A DNA stretch of 64,000 bases, taken from IMG/VR virus record IMGVR_UViG_3300020430_000007. One strand, written 5' to 3'. Of the stretch, positions 29,894 to 40,520 are shown one piece after another (position 1 is the first letter of the stretch; every line of letters starts with the position of its first letter). Made by a program: the position numbers and the translations under genes. The notes beneath the pieces are model-generated. The model had not been told where the DNA came from, searched no databases, and saw nothing but the letters and a program-made list of their open reading frames with translations. Source of the stretch: a virus.

Positions 29894-31549
29894 ATGGCAA
29901 AAAGTGACATCTATCTTGGTAATCCAAATCTAAAAAAAGCAAATACACAAACAGAGTTCACACAAGAACATATTTTAGAGTTTGTGAAATGTAAAAAAGA
30001 TCCAGTATATTTTACAGAAAAACATATAAAGATTGTAAACGTAGATGAGGGTCTTGTTAATTTTAATATGTATAAATTTCAAAAAAAATTAATAAGAAAT
30101 TTTCATAAGCATAGATTCAATATTTGTAAGATGCCACGACAAACTGGAAAGTCTACAACAGTGGTCTCATATTTACTTCATTACGCAATATTTAATGATA
30201 ATGTCAACATCGGAATACTCGCAAACAAAGCAGCAACTGCTAGAGATCTACTTGGAAGATTACAATTGGCGTATGAAAACCTGCCGACTTGGATGCAGCA
30301 AGGTATCATTGCTTGGAATAAGGGATCAATGGAATTGGAAAATGGGTCAAAAATAATAGCAGCATCTACTTCTGCATCAGCAGTTCGAGGTATGTCATTC
30401 AATATTATTTTTCTTGATGAGTTTGCATTTGTTCAAAATCATCTTGCAGATGACTTTTTTGCATCTGTTTATCCTACCATATCATCTGGTAAATCTACAA
30501 AGGTTATTATAGTATCCACTCCACATGGTATGAATCATTTTTATCGTATGTGGCATGATGCTGAACGTGGACAAAATGAGTATATTGCGACTGAAGTGCA
30601 CTGGTCTGAGGTGCCAGGTCGAGATGCAAAATGGAAGAAGCAAACAATAGCAAACACAAGCAAAGAACAATTTTCTATCGAGTTTGAATGTGAGTTTCTA
30701 GGTTCTGTTGACACTTTGATAAATGCAGCAAAATTAAAATCATTGGTGTATGAACAACCAATAGAACAAAATGGTAAACTGTCTGTTTATGAAAAACCAT
30801 TTGATAAAAGAGATTATATTGTAACGGTTGATGTGGCGAGGGGTATATCAAAGGATTATAGTGCTTTTATTGTTGCTGATATTACAGAATTTCCTTACAA
30901 AGTTGTGGCAACTTATAGGGATAATGAGATAAAACCAATGGTGTTTCCAAGTATTATTGAAGAGGTTGCAACAGCGTATAATAATGCATATGTTTTATGC
31001 GAGGTGAACGATATAGGTGATCAAGTTGCATCAATATTGTTTTATGATCTAGAGTATGAAAATTTACTTATGGTTGCCATGCGTGGAAGAGCAGGTCAAA
31101 TAGTTGGGTCGGGTTTCTCTGGTGTAAAAACACAATTGGGTGTTAAAATGAGCACAACCACAAAAAAAGTTGGGTGTTCTAACTTAAAAACATTAGTGGA
31201 AGAGGATAAATTAATTTTTTGTGATTATAATATTATAGCTGAACTTACAACATTTATACAAAAGAAACAATCTTTTGAGGCAGAGGAAGGATGTAACGAT
31301 GACCTTGCTATGTGTCTTGTAATATTTTCTTGGTTGGTAGCACAAGACTATTTCAAAGAGATGACAGATCAAGATGTTAGAAAACGTATCTATGAAGAAC
31401 AAAAAAATGCTATTGAACAAGATATGGCACCATTTGGTTTTGTATGTGATGGATTAGATGATGAGATAGAACAGGTAGACTCAAATGGAGATAATTGGAA
31501 AGTAGATGAATACGGAGATCGCTCATATATGTGGGACTATACCCTATGA
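29894..31549 (+). CDS. gp17: Terminase large subunit gp17
   Basis: Walker A PRQTGKST, Walker B IIFLDEFAF, nuclease VDVARG...DYSAF, NDDLAM. Confidence 0.97.
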   Translation: MAKSDIYLGNPNLKKANTQTEFTQEHILEFVKCKKDPVYFTEKHIKIVNVDEGLVNFNMYKFQKKLIRNFHKHRFNICKMPRQTGKSTTVVSYLLHYAIFNDNVNIGILANKAATARDLLGRLQLAYENLPTWMQQGIIAWNKGSMELENGSKIIAASTSASAVRGMSFNIIFLDEFAFVQNHLADDFFASVYPTISSGKSTKVIIVSTPHGMNHFYRMWHDAERGQNEYIATEVHWSEVPGRDAKWKKQTIANTSKEQFSIEFECEFLGSVDTLINAAKLKSLVYEQPIEQNGKLSVYEKPFDKRDYIVTVDVARGISKDYSAFIVADITEFPYKVVATYRDNEIKPMVFPSIIEEVATAYNNAYVLCEVNDIGDQVASILFYDLEYENLLMVAMRGRAGQIVGSGFSGVKTQLGVKMSTTTKKVGCSNLKTLVEEDKLIFCDYNIIAELTTFIQKKQSFEAEEGCNDDLAMCLVIFSWLVAQDYFKEMTDQDVRKRIYEEQKNAIEQDMAPFGFVCDGLDDEIEQVDSNGDNWKVDEYGDRSYMWDYTL

Positions 31550-31815
31550 TCAAACCAAAGTGCCTCGATAGATGGGGATTCTTTGGTTGGAGTGCTACTG
31601 GATACCTTTTGCCATGTTGTTGGATGGATCATGAGAACATGAAGTTAATTCCTGAACTTGTGCAAGAAAAATTTAAGGTAGAGAATGTGGACAAGATAAG
31701 TGATATAATTAAATCAGATGAATGGCAGTCTTTTTTTGATACTATAAAAAATGATCAAAAAAATGCTCCTCATGTTTGTCATCATTATTGTGGATCATGT
31801 ACGGGATCAACTTAG
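31546..31815 (+). CDS. Stand-alone SPASM/twitch-like Fe-S binding protein
   Basis: C...GYLLPCCW...CHHYC; ATG overlaps the gp17 stop (ATGA). Confidence 0.65.
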   Translation: MIKPKCLDRWGFFGWSATGYLLPCCWMDHENMKLIPELVQEKFKVENVDKISDIIKSDEWQSFFDTIKNDQKNAPHVCHHYCGSCTGST

Positions 31816-32408
31816 ATCTATCAAATAGATGTACGAATAGATGTCCTGGTTGTGCACGAGATAAATTCAAACATGTGCCTGGTTCTGACCTTACAGAGTC
31901 AGACATGGAAAAGATATCTAATTTTTTTCAAGCAATTACATTTTGTGGTCAGGTTTCTGACCCTGTGCTACATCCAAACTTTCATAAACTCCTTGCTATA
32001 TGCTTGAGAAAAAATAGAAAAGTTGTGGTTCATACTGCTGTAGCAGCAAGACCAAAAATGTGGTGGTCTAGATCTTTTGTCATGTCAAGAGGTAAAAATA
32101 TTGAGTGGGTGTTTGCTATAGATGGTCTACCGAAAGATAGCAATAAGTATAGAGTAAATCAGGATGGAGAAAAATTATTTGATATCATGTTGAAGTGTGC
32201 ATCATTTGGTGTGCCTACCACATGGCAGTACATAGTTTTCAACTACAATCAAAAAGATGTTGAGCACTGCAAGCAGATAGCAAAGGAACACAATATAAAA
32301 TTCATGCAAATTGATTCTGGAAGATGGGGGACTGATGCTTTGAAATCTTTGCAACCTGACGATAATTATTCTAATATAGATGGTGTGTCTATAAGGAAAT
32401 ATGTATGA
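31797..32408 (+). CDS. Radical SAM protein
   Basis: CTNRCPGC (CxxxCxxC), FCGQVSDP, FAIDG...YRVN, WQYIVFNYN. Confidence 0.85.
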   Translation: MYGINLDLSNRCTNRCPGCARDKFKHVPGSDLTESDMEKISNFFQAITFCGQVSDPVLHPNFHKLLAICLRKNRKVVVHTAVAARPKMWWSRSFVMSRGKNIEWVFAIDGLPKDSNKYRVNQDGEKLFDIMLKCASFGVPTTWQYIVFNYNQKDVEHCKQIAKEHNIKFMQIDSGRWGTDALKSLQPDDNYSNIDGVSIRKYV

Positions 32409-33238
32409 GACCTAAACTTCTATTGAATGCAGGATACCCTTCATCTGGAACATCGTCATTATACTATACATTATGGAATAATAAGTATGGACATGGTGGT
32501 GGTGTGAAAGAAAGTAGTTATCTTCTTCACACACAATCACCACAGGTAATGAAAGATAGAGAGAAACTACATCAAAGAAAAAAAAGGTATGGTAAAGGTA
32601 TACACAGACCATGGACATTACCCGATAGTATGTTCATGCCTGAACATACGTTTGATAAAAAACCAAGCATTGACAACTACATTAATTACTACATCAAATT
32701 ATGGAAAGTTATAGGTGATGAGTATCAATCTCTTCTTGACTTCTCTAATCCAGAACAACAACTGACAGAAAAATTTATGATGTCAATCAGAGATGAGTTA
32801 CTCAAATATTTTGACATCAAGGTAGTAATGATGCTTAGAGACCCTATAAAAAGGTTGTGGTCAGTTTGTAATAGAAAATCATTGACAGAGGGAGGAACAC
32901 CACACTCACATATGAAATTTGATAATCCTTATCTAAGTTACATTGAAAAATATGAGAGGTATGTAAGAGTATGGGGAAAGGAAAGAGTAAAATTTATTAT
33001 AAATGAAGATTTTTATAAAGGAGATATGCAACCTTTATCAAAGTTTTTAGAATTTTCTATATCACCAACTTATAAAAATGTAATTCATCTCACTTCACTA
33101 AAGAATAAAATGTATTCACAATGGTGTGATCTTGAATATAAAACATGGAGATATGCTTATGAAAACATGAAATGGGTCTATGATGAGTTTGAAAATAAGT
33201 TTGGTTATATACCGAATGATTGGGCAAGTTGTATATAG
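32405..33238 (+). CDS. Sulfotransferase-family protein
   Basis: LNAGYPSSGTSSLY (5'-PSB), KE motif, MLRDPIKRLWS (3'-PB). Confidence 0.75.
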   Translation: MRPKLLLNAGYPSSGTSSLYYTLWNNKYGHGGGVKESSYLLHTQSPQVMKDREKLHQRKKRYGKGIHRPWTLPDSMFMPEHTFDKKPSIDNYINYYIKLWKVIGDEYQSLLDFSNPEQQLTEKFMMSIRDELLKYFDIKVVMMLRDPIKRLWSVCNRKSLTEGGTPHSHMKFDNPYLSYIEKYERYVRVWGKERVKFIINEDFYKGDMQPLSKFLEFSISPTYKNVIHLTSLKNKMYSQWCDLEYKTWRYAYENMKWVYDEFENKFGYIPNDWASCI

Positions 33239-33250
33239 CAGACGAAAAAC

Positions 33251-33257
33251 CTAAATA
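33251..33257 (+). promoter_or_regulatory. Late promoter (CTAAATA) for gp18
   Basis: Intergenic motif upstream of the GGAG RBS. Confidence 0.6.
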
Positions 33258-33293
33258 ATTTTAGTCAAAATTCGGGTACTGCAGGGAGTTAGA

Positions 33294-35474
33294 ATGGCAC
33301 TTCGATTAGCATCTCCAGGTATTTCAGTAAGAGAGGTTGACCTTACTAGGGGTGGCGTAGATTTTACACTCAACGTTGTTGGTGGTATTGCTGCTCCTTT
33401 CCGTAAAGGACCTGTCAATGAAATAACTAGAATCAACAATGAAAAAGAATTAGTTGACACATTTGGTGAACCAGGTGTGGGTACAACTGATTTCCACTAC
33501 GAGTGTTGGTATGGGGCAGCAAACTTCTTATCATATGGTGGTAAGTTGGATGTTGTACGTGTTGGTGGTGGAGACTTAAACACAGCAAACGCTGCATCAG
33601 GTCAAGCATCTTTAGGAAATCTTCGAGTAGATGGATACGAAGATTATATCAATAATCAAGCAGATGATACCACTTGGTATTTTTCCGCAAAAAATCCTGG
33701 TGCATGGGCAGAAAATATTAAGGTTGCAGTCATAGACAATGCTGCAGATCAAGTATTTACTGGCGTTACCACCACAAACATATTTGTAGGATATGGTGTT
33801 ACACAATCTCTCACTGGTGTAACAGTGGGTGTTGGTACTACTGCTGCTGCAAGTGGTATGTTGAAGGGTATTATTTCAAAAATTGGAAGTGGTACAATAG
33901 ATGTTCGAGTGGTAAGTAAAGTAGTTGATGGTGTAGAAACACTAGTAAACTATCAAGAGGGTTCTCAACTTGAGTTCAAAACAGGAACAGGTAATCTGGT
34001 TGGTATCAACTCTTCAAGCACTGCTAACATAAACAGTAGGTTTACACCTGCCTCTGGCACCATAAGTGATTGGTATACAGCACAGAATATTATGACGAGT
34101 GTGGCAGATGGTGGATCTGACATTGTGACTATCCCTTGGAAGTCAGTGCTCAATAAACCAAAAACAAACGACTATGTTACAAAGAGAGATGGAGCAAATG
34201 ATGCTCTTCACGTTGTAGTCATAGATGCAGGTGGTGGTGTTACTGGTGATGTGGGATCAGTTCTTGAAAAATTCCCCAACCTTTCTAAAGGAAAAGATAC
34301 CACACAATCTGGTGGTAGATCAATTTACTATAAAGATTTTCTAGCAGATAACTCCGAATTCATTTTTGCTGGTGTATCACCCGTAAATGGAACAGATACT
34401 CATCATGGCACAGAACCATTAGCATCTGGATTCAGTAGTGGATTTGTTCCTGTGACTGACAATGCTGGAGCGTGGGGTCAAAACGTAAAGAATATTAAAT
34501 TTGCTTCTTTAGGAAATGTAGGATATCCTCTTGTAGGTGGTAAAGATTACACAGGTGTAGGATTGTTTGATGCACCTTTAGGTGACATACTATCAGGATA
34601 TGATAAATTTGCTGACCCCGTAGATAGTGACATTAGATTCTTATTACAAGGATCTGCTCATAAAACAAAAGAAGAGGAACAAGCAAAAGCAAATAAAATG
34701 ATCCAGATTGCCGAGGGCAGAAAGGATACGGTTGCTGTTATATCACCTAATAGAACTGCAACAGTAAATGTAGCAAGTGCTACAGATCAATTAGATAATG
34801 TTTTATCATTCTTCTCACCAATAACCTCATCATCTTATGTTGTGTTTGATTCAAGTTATCAATACGTTTATGATAGGTTCAATAAAAAGTTTGTTTATAT
34901 ACCTTCATCTAGTGATATTGCTGGATTGATGGTAAGAACAGATAGAGATTCTTTCCCATGGTTCTCACCTGCTGGTACAGCAAGAGGTGGTTTGAACTTC
35001 CCCGTGAAACTTGCGTTCAATCCTGGTCAAGACGCTAGAGATAGACTCTATGCAAATAGAATCAACCCTATCATATCACAACCTGGTTCTGGTATAATTC
35101 TTTTTGGAGATAAAACAGGATTAGCATTTGAAAGTGCATTCGATAGAATCAACGTAAGAAGACTCTTTATCACTGTAGAGAAAGCGATTGAAAACGCTGC
35201 TAAATCAGCACTCTTTGAACTCAATGATGCTGGCACGAGATCTAATTTCGTCAACGTTGTTGAACCATTCCTAAGGGATGTTCAAGCAAAGAGAGGAATT
35301 CAAGATTTTCTTCTTATATGTGATGAATCAAATAACACTGCTGATGTTATTGACCGTAATGAGTTTATTGCGGATATATTCATCAAACCAGCACGTTCGA
35401 TTAACTTTATCGGACTAACATTCGTAGCTACACGCACTGGAGTATCCTTCAGTGAAGTTGTAGGAACTGTGTAA
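33294..35474 (+). CDS. gp18: Tail sheath protein gp18
   Basis: SPGISVREVDLT, PWFSPAG..RG, FDRINVRRLF, IKPARSINFI. Confidence 0.97.
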   Translation: MALRLASPGISVREVDLTRGGVDFTLNVVGGIAAPFRKGPVNEITRINNEKELVDTFGEPGVGTTDFHYECWYGAANFLSYGGKLDVVRVGGGDLNTANAASGQASLGNLRVDGYEDYINNQADDTTWYFSAKNPGAWAENIKVAVIDNAADQVFTGVTTTNIFVGYGVTQSLTGVTVGVGTTAAASGMLKGIISKIGSGTIDVRVVSKVVDGVETLVNYQEGSQLEFKTGTGNLVGINSSSTANINSRFTPASGTISDWYTAQNIMTSVADGGSDIVTIPWKSVLNKPKTNDYVTKRDGANDALHVVVIDAGGGVTGDVGSVLEKFPNLSKGKDTTQSGGRSIYYKDFLADNSEFIFAGVSPVNGTDTHHGTEPLASGFSSGFVPVTDNAGAWGQNVKNIKFASLGNVGYPLVGGKDYTGVGLFDAPLGDILSGYDKFADPVDSDIRFLLQGSAHKTKEEEQAKANKMIQIAEGRKDTVAVISPNRTATVNVASATDQLDNVLSFFSPITSSSYVVFDSSYQYVYDRFNKKFVYIPSSSDIAGLMVRTDRDSFPWFSPAGTARGGLNFPVKLAFNPGQDARDRLYANRINPIISQPGSGIILFGDKTGLAFESAFDRINVRRLFITVEKAIENAAKSALFELNDAGTRSNFVNVVEPFLRDVQAKRGIQDFLLICDESNNTADVIDRNEFIADIFIKPARSINFIGLTFVATRTGVSFSEVVGTV

Positions 35475-35492
35475 TCGGAGACCCCCACAATT

Positions 35493-36128
35493 ATGGCATT
35501 AGACAAAAACATTTTTGATATCAGAAATAACACAAGGACCATTGATTCCTTCAAGACTAGACTGGCTCAGGGTGGTGCTCGTCCCAACCTTTTTGAGGTT
35601 GAATTAAAGTTTCCAAGCGGAGTAGGAATCTTTGATGACGAAATCGGAGATCTCTCTCATAGAATGATGATCAAAGGTGCTCAATTACCTGCATCAAATA
35701 TTGCTGAGGTTGTTGTTCCTTTTAGAGGAAGACAACTTAAGGTAGCAGGTGACAGAAGGTTTGATCCTTGGACAATAACAGTGATCAACGATCAAGACTT
35801 CAAATTAAGAGAAGCATTTGAACGTTGGGCAAACTTTATAATAAAGGTATCTGATGGATCTGGTACTAAAGAACCCACAAATTACTTTACAGATTGGACT
35901 GTCAACCAATTAGGTCGTGCAGCCACAGACCTTAAAACTCGTGGTGAAAACAGTGATGCCAAACTTCCTGTGCTAAGGAGATACAGCATGAAAGGTTGCT
36001 GGCCTAGTTCAGTGAGTGCTATTGAGTTGAGTTATGATACTCAAGACACAATTGAAGAATTCCAAGTTACACTTCAGGTGCAATGGTGGGAGGCATACGA
36101 TGATAATTCTAACGATTCTGTGGTATAA
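35493..36128 (+). CDS. gp19: Tail tube protein gp19
   Basis: GGARPNLFEV, VPFRGRQLKVAGDRRFDPWTITVIND, IEEFQVT. Confidence 0.97.
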   Translation: MALDKNIFDIRNNTRTIDSFKTRLAQGGARPNLFEVELKFPSGVGIFDDEIGDLSHRMMIKGAQLPASNIAEVVVPFRGRQLKVAGDRRFDPWTITVINDQDFKLREAFERWANFIIKVSDGSGTKEPTNYFTDWTVNQLGRAATDLKTRGENSDAKLPVLRRYSMKGCWPSSVSAIELSYDTQDTIEEFQVTLQVQWWEAYDDNSNDSVV

Positions 36129-36158
36129 TAAATACGGTATATAAAGTAAACTGATATT

Positions 36159-37880
36159 ATGGCAAAACTCTTTGGATTCTCTATAGAAGATGAATCTAAG
36201 AAATCTAAAGGCGTAGTCAGTCCTGTACCTCAAAACAATGAGGATGGGGCTGACTATTATCTGTCTACAGGTTTTTACGGTCAATATGTAGATATTGAGG
36301 GTGTATTTCGTACAGAGTTTGACATAATAAAAAGATATCGTGATATGGCATTACATCCTGAGTGTGATACTGCCATTGAGCATGTTGTAAACGAAGCAAT
36401 AGTTTCTGATCAAAATGATTCTCCAGTCGAGATTAATTTAGATAACTTAAGTGTAAGTGAGAATCTCAAAAAAATAGTCAGAGAAGAATTTAAGGGTGTA
36501 AAAGATTTGCTTGATTTTGACAGCAAATCTCATGAGATATTTCGTAACTGGTATGTAGATGGTAGATTATATTATCATAAGGTTATTGATACACAAAAAC
36601 CTGATGAAGGCATTCAAGAATTAAGGTTTATAGATGCTCTCAAAATTAAATTAATGAGAGTTCAACCAAAGAATGAAAAAGGTGCTAAGGGTGCTGAAGG
36701 TATTCCTGTATTACCGTACGCAGGCGAGACAACTATAAACAAAGATGCTAAGGTAATAGAATTTTATACGTATTACCCGCAAGGAATGGCACAGAGATAT
36801 GGATCTGTTGCTGGTAAAGGCATAAGGATTGCTAAGGACTCAATTTGTCATGTGCACTCTGGTCTCGTTGATAGAAATAAAAAACTAACATTATCATACT
36901 TACACAAAGCAATCAAGGGTCTCAATCAATTGCGTATGATCGAGGACTCTTTGGTGATCTACAGACTATCAAGAGCACCAGAACGTAGAATATTCTACAT
37001 TGACGTTGGTAATCTACCTAAAGTAAAGGCAGAACAATACCTACGTGACGTGATGAGTCGTTACAGAAACAAACTCGTCTATGATGCAAACACAGGAGAA
37101 ATAAAAGATGACAAAAAATTTATGTCAATGCTCGAAGACTTCTGGTTACCCAGAAGAGAAGGAGGACGAGGTACTGAAATCTCTACGTTGCCAGGTGGAC
37201 AAAATCTTGGAGAACTTACGGACATCGAGTACTTCCAGAAAAAATTATACCGAGCATTAAATGTACCTGAGTCACGTATTGGTGATACTGGTGGATTCAA
37301 CTTAGGTAGATCATCTGAGATTTTACGTGATGAACTTATGTTTAGTAAGTTTGTTGGTAGGTTGAGAAAAAGATTTAGTGGTCTTTTCTTAGATCTATTG
37401 AAAACACAATTAGTTCTAAAAAATATTGTAACTCCAGAAGATTGGTCTAAAATGCGTGAGCATATACAGTTTGACTATGTGTATGATAATCATTTTGCAG
37501 AACTTAAGGATCATGAATTAATGACTGAGCGTTTGAATATCATGGTTGCCATTGAACCTTACATCGGCACATACTATTCAAGAGATTATGTCAAACGTAA
37601 AGTGTTGCGTCAGACTGATGAGGAGATAGAAGAAATGACACAAGAGATGGAAGAGGAGAATGCGATGGGTGTTGGTCTTCCATTAGAACAACAAAATATG
37701 ATGTTACAAGCGGGAATAGATGCGGAGATGCCTCCTACAAATGGCAATGGTAATGGTAGTAAAACTAAAAGTAGTAAAAACAATTTAGGTAAATCACCTA
37801 AAGATGGTAGTTTAGATGATGCAAAAAATGGCGGACGCACTGAGGCACCTGAAATAAACATCAAGAAAGCCAAGATATAA
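36159..37880 (+). CDS. gp20: Portal protein gp20
   Basis: IYRLSRAPERRIFYIDVGNLPK, EDFWLPRREGGRGTEISTLPGG. Confidence 0.98.
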   Translation: MAKLFGFSIEDESKKSKGVVSPVPQNNEDGADYYLSTGFYGQYVDIEGVFRTEFDIIKRYRDMALHPECDTAIEHVVNEAIVSDQNDSPVEINLDNLSVSENLKKIVREEFKGVKDLLDFDSKSHEIFRNWYVDGRLYYHKVIDTQKPDEGIQELRFIDALKIKLMRVQPKNEKGAKGAEGIPVLPYAGETTINKDAKVIEFYTYYPQGMAQRYGSVAGKGIRIAKDSICHVHSGLVDRNKKLTLSYLHKAIKGLNQLRMIEDSLVIYRLSRAPERRIFYIDVGNLPKVKAEQYLRDVMSRYRNKLVYDANTGEIKDDKKFMSMLEDFWLPRREGGRGTEISTLPGGQNLGELTDIEYFQKKLYRALNVPESRIGDTGGFNLGRSSEILRDELMFSKFVGRLRKRFSGLFLDLLKTQLVLKNIVTPEDWSKMREHIQFDYVYDNHFAELKDHELMTERLNIMVAIEPYIGTYYSRDYVKRKVLRQTDEEIEEMTQEMEEENAMGVGLPLEQQNMMLQAGIDAEMPPTNGNGNGSKTKSSKNNLGKSPKDGSLDDAKNGGRTEAPEINIKKAKI

Positions 37881-37883
37881 ATA
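37876..37883 (+). promoter_or_regulatory. Late promoter (TATAAATA)
   Basis: Exact T4 late consensus at the end of gp20. Confidence 0.7.
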
Positions 37884-37899
37884 AATACAAGCGTTTTTA

Positions 37900-38154
37900 A
37901 TGATTATGGATTCAGCAGAATTAGTCGATATGATTATAGCGGATGCTCCTGCATCGGAGATACAAGATGCTATTAAATCTTTAGCGTATGCCAAATCTGC
38001 AGATTTAGTTGATAGAGTTACTCCTGATGTTGCTGCCTCAATTTTTGGTGATGAACCAGAAGAGGGCGATCCCTTACCTGAGGTAGGTGATGGCGAACAA
38101 CCAGAAGTAGACGCTGAACTTGAACAAGAACCTACAACGGAAACGGAAGAATGA
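37900..38154 (+). CDS. Small acidic prohead-region protein
   Basis: Very acidic C-terminus; position after the portal gene as for T4 core proteins. Confidence 0.65.
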   Translation: MIMDSAELVDMIIADAPASEIQDAIKSLAYAKSADLVDRVTPDVAASIFGDEPEEGDPLPEVGDGEQPEVDAELEQEPTTETEE

Positions 38155-38717
38155 GTGCATCACAACCATTATCATTAGTTACAGACTATGGTGAATTGTC
38201 AAGTGCAAATGCCACATCTGCTGTTACCAGTTCTCAAATAATAAAAACTGGTATATTGTATGTTGTTTGTTCAGACGATAAGGCAGCAGGACACATCGCA
38301 GTTTGCAATACAGCAAATCAAGCGGGTGTTGGATCGTTCCATGTAGCGAAGGGTGATGATTTTCTTTATAGATATGGACATCCTGCTAATGCACCAGTGT
38401 CGGCAATAAGTAAGGCAGCGTCTGCTGTTATTACCATAGATCACACTGATAGTAAAATTCAAGTGGGTGATTTTGTTACGCTGACTGGTTCATCAGTTAG
38501 TGCTTACAATAGCACCATTGCACATGTAGAGGTAACTGCTAAATCAAATCCACAACAATGGAATGATTTTAAACAAACTATAACAGTTGACGCAAATACT
38601 TCTGCACTAGCAGATTTTACAGGAACAGCAACTTTATCTAAGTCGGTGATTTTTAGACTAGCACCTGAGACATCCTCAGGATGCACATTACACTTAAACG
38701 AGGTAGGAGTAGGATGA
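38151..38717 (+). CDS. Hypothetical virion-associated protein
   Basis: 188-aa beta-rich ORF with ATGA overlaps on both sides. Confidence 0.65.
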   Translation: MSASQPLSLVTDYGELSSANATSAVTSSQIIKTGILYVVCSDDKAAGHIAVCNTANQAGVGSFHVAKGDDFLYRYGHPANAPVSAISKAASAVITIDHTDSKIQVGDFVTLTGSSVSAYNSTIAHVEVTAKSNPQQWNDFKQTITVDANTSALADFTGTATLSKSVIFRLAPETSSGCTLHLNEVGVG

Positions 38718-39361
38718 AATTAATTTCAGAAGAAATTGAATCAGTTGATATTCTTACTGAGGAAAAAAACGGCAAGAAGACTCTCTATATTACAGGACCT
38801 TTTTTACAAGCAGAGGTGGTAAATCGCAACAAACGTTGCTATCCCATCAATACCATGATGAAGGAGGTTACAAGATATACAGATGAATTTATATCTAAGG
38901 GACGTGCACTAGGAGAACTAGGTCATCCTGATGGACCTCAAATAAATCTTGACCGTGTGTCACATAAGATTGTATCTCTTACACAAGAGGGTAACAATTT
39001 TATGGGTAAGGCACAAATCCTATCGACTCCAATGGGAAAAATTGCACAATCACTTTTAGGTGAGGGTGTAAAATTAGGTGTGTCTTCTAGAGGCATGGGA
39101 TCTATCAGACAACATGAGGGTGTATCTTATGTTGGAGAAGATTTTATGTTAGCGACTGCTGCTGATATAGTGGCGGATCCCTCTGCACCAGATGCTTTTG
39201 TAGATGGTGTCATGGAAGGTAAAGAGTGGGTATGGGAGGGTTCTATTTTGCGTGAAAAGCATGTAGAGCAAGTCAAAAAGACGATAAATACGATGGTAGA
39301 TCAGAGAAAATTAGAGGAACGTAAGCTTGCTTTATTCTCTAAGTTCTTGCAGGATCTATAA
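38714..39361 (+). CDS. gp21: Prohead protease gp21
   Basis: MKLISEEI, ALGELGHP, LGVSSRGMGS, DIVADPSAPDAFV. Confidence 0.96.
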   Translation: MKLISEEIESVDILTEEKNGKKTLYITGPFLQAEVVNRNKRCYPINTMMKEVTRYTDEFISKGRALGELGHPDGPQINLDRVSHKIVSLTQEGNNFMGKAQILSTPMGKIAQSLLGEGVKLGVSSRGMGSIRQHEGVSYVGEDFMLATAADIVADPSAPDAFVDGVMEGKEWVWEGSILREKHVEQVKKTINTMVDQRKLEERKLALFSKFLQDL

Positions 39362-39364
39362 TTC

Positions 39365-39372
39365 TATAAATA
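39365..39372 (+). promoter_or_regulatory. Late promoter (TATAAATA) for gp22-gp23
   Basis: Exact consensus in the intergenic gap. Confidence 0.75.
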
Positions 39373-39408
39373 ATAAAAGAAATTCTAAGGAATAACGGAC
39401 TGGTAAAA

Positions 39409-40482
39409 ATGACCGCACAAAATAGCGAACTACATGAGATGGAGAACCAGGTTACTAAGGGTGCTGCTAAAGCAGACTCCATGCCAACCACTCCAAATTA
39501 TGTACCCGATGCAGGGGGAACGGGAGTAGAAGACTTAGGAGGTCCTACACCGCAAAATAGTAAACCTGACGATAACAGTAACAAACTGAAAACGCCAGCT
39601 GCAAAGTTTGCCCAAACGGGTGATGTTCAGACTAAAGGCACTGCGGGCACAGTTCAACAAGACGGTCCTCTCGGACCAGTTGGCATGAAGTCAACTGGAT
39701 ATGGTAGAGGTGCTAATGAAGAAGTCGAAGCATCTACCGAAGACGAGACAGTATCAGAGGTTCAAGAAATTGACATTGACCTTTCTGATGATGTGAAAGC
39801 ATTATTTGAAGGCGAGGAACTATCTGAGACATTCCAAGAAAAAGCACGTACAATCTTTGAAGCGACTGTAAAGTCGAAGATTGTGAGCGTAAAAGAATCC
39901 CTTGAGGAGGAGTACTCAAAGAGACTTGACGAAGAAGTCTCTGAGTTTAGAACTTATCTTCAAGAGCGAGTAGACGACTACCTCTACTATGTTGCAACAG
40001 AGTGGTTAGAAGAGAATGCTCTTCAGGTAGAGTCGGGAATCAGAGGGGAACTCTCTGAATCCTTCATGACTGGCCTAAAAGGTCTCTTTGAAGAACATTA
40101 TGTACAAATCCCTGAAGAAAAATATGATGTTTTAGAGGCGATGGTCACTAAACTAGATGAAATGGAGAATAAACTAAATGAGCAGATTGATAGCAATGTC
40201 GCATTGACTAAGAGACTATCAGTATCTGTATCAGACAACATCCTTGATGAAGCGAGTGCAGGTCTAGCATTATCTCAAAAAGAAAAGCTTGCCGAACTTG
40301 CTAAAGGTGTTGAGTTTGAGAGTGAAGAACAATACAGGGAAAAACTCAATACTCTCAGGGAGTCTTACTTCGCTAAGAAACCTGTATCTGAGTCCCAAGA
40401 AGTCACTGAGGAGACTTCTATAAACGAGGAAGTCAGTCCAGCAATGGATCGATATCTTCAGGCACTTCATAAGTTCCAATAA
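39409..40482 (+). CDS. gp22: Prohead core scaffolding protein gp22
   Basis: EDLGGPTP.N, KARTIFEA, YVATEWLEEN, LRESYF; acidic coiled coil. Confidence 0.93.
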   Translation: MTAQNSELHEMENQVTKGAAKADSMPTTPNYVPDAGGTGVEDLGGPTPQNSKPDDNSNKLKTPAAKFAQTGDVQTKGTAGTVQQDGPLGPVGMKSTGYGRGANEEVEASTEDETVSEVQEIDIDLSDDVKALFEGEELSETFQEKARTIFEATVKSKIVSVKESLEEEYSKRLDEEVSEFRTYLQERVDDYLYYVATEWLEENALQVESGIRGELSESFMTGLKGLFEEHYVQIPEEKYDVLEAMVTKLDEMENKLNEQIDSNVALTKRLSVSVSDNILDEASAGLALSQKEKLAELAKGVEFESEEQYREKLNTLRESYFAKKPVSESQEVTEETSINEEVSPAMDRYLQALHKFQ

Positions 40483-40520
40483 ATTAAATTCAACCTTACA
40501 CCCTATAAAGGAAACGCCAA

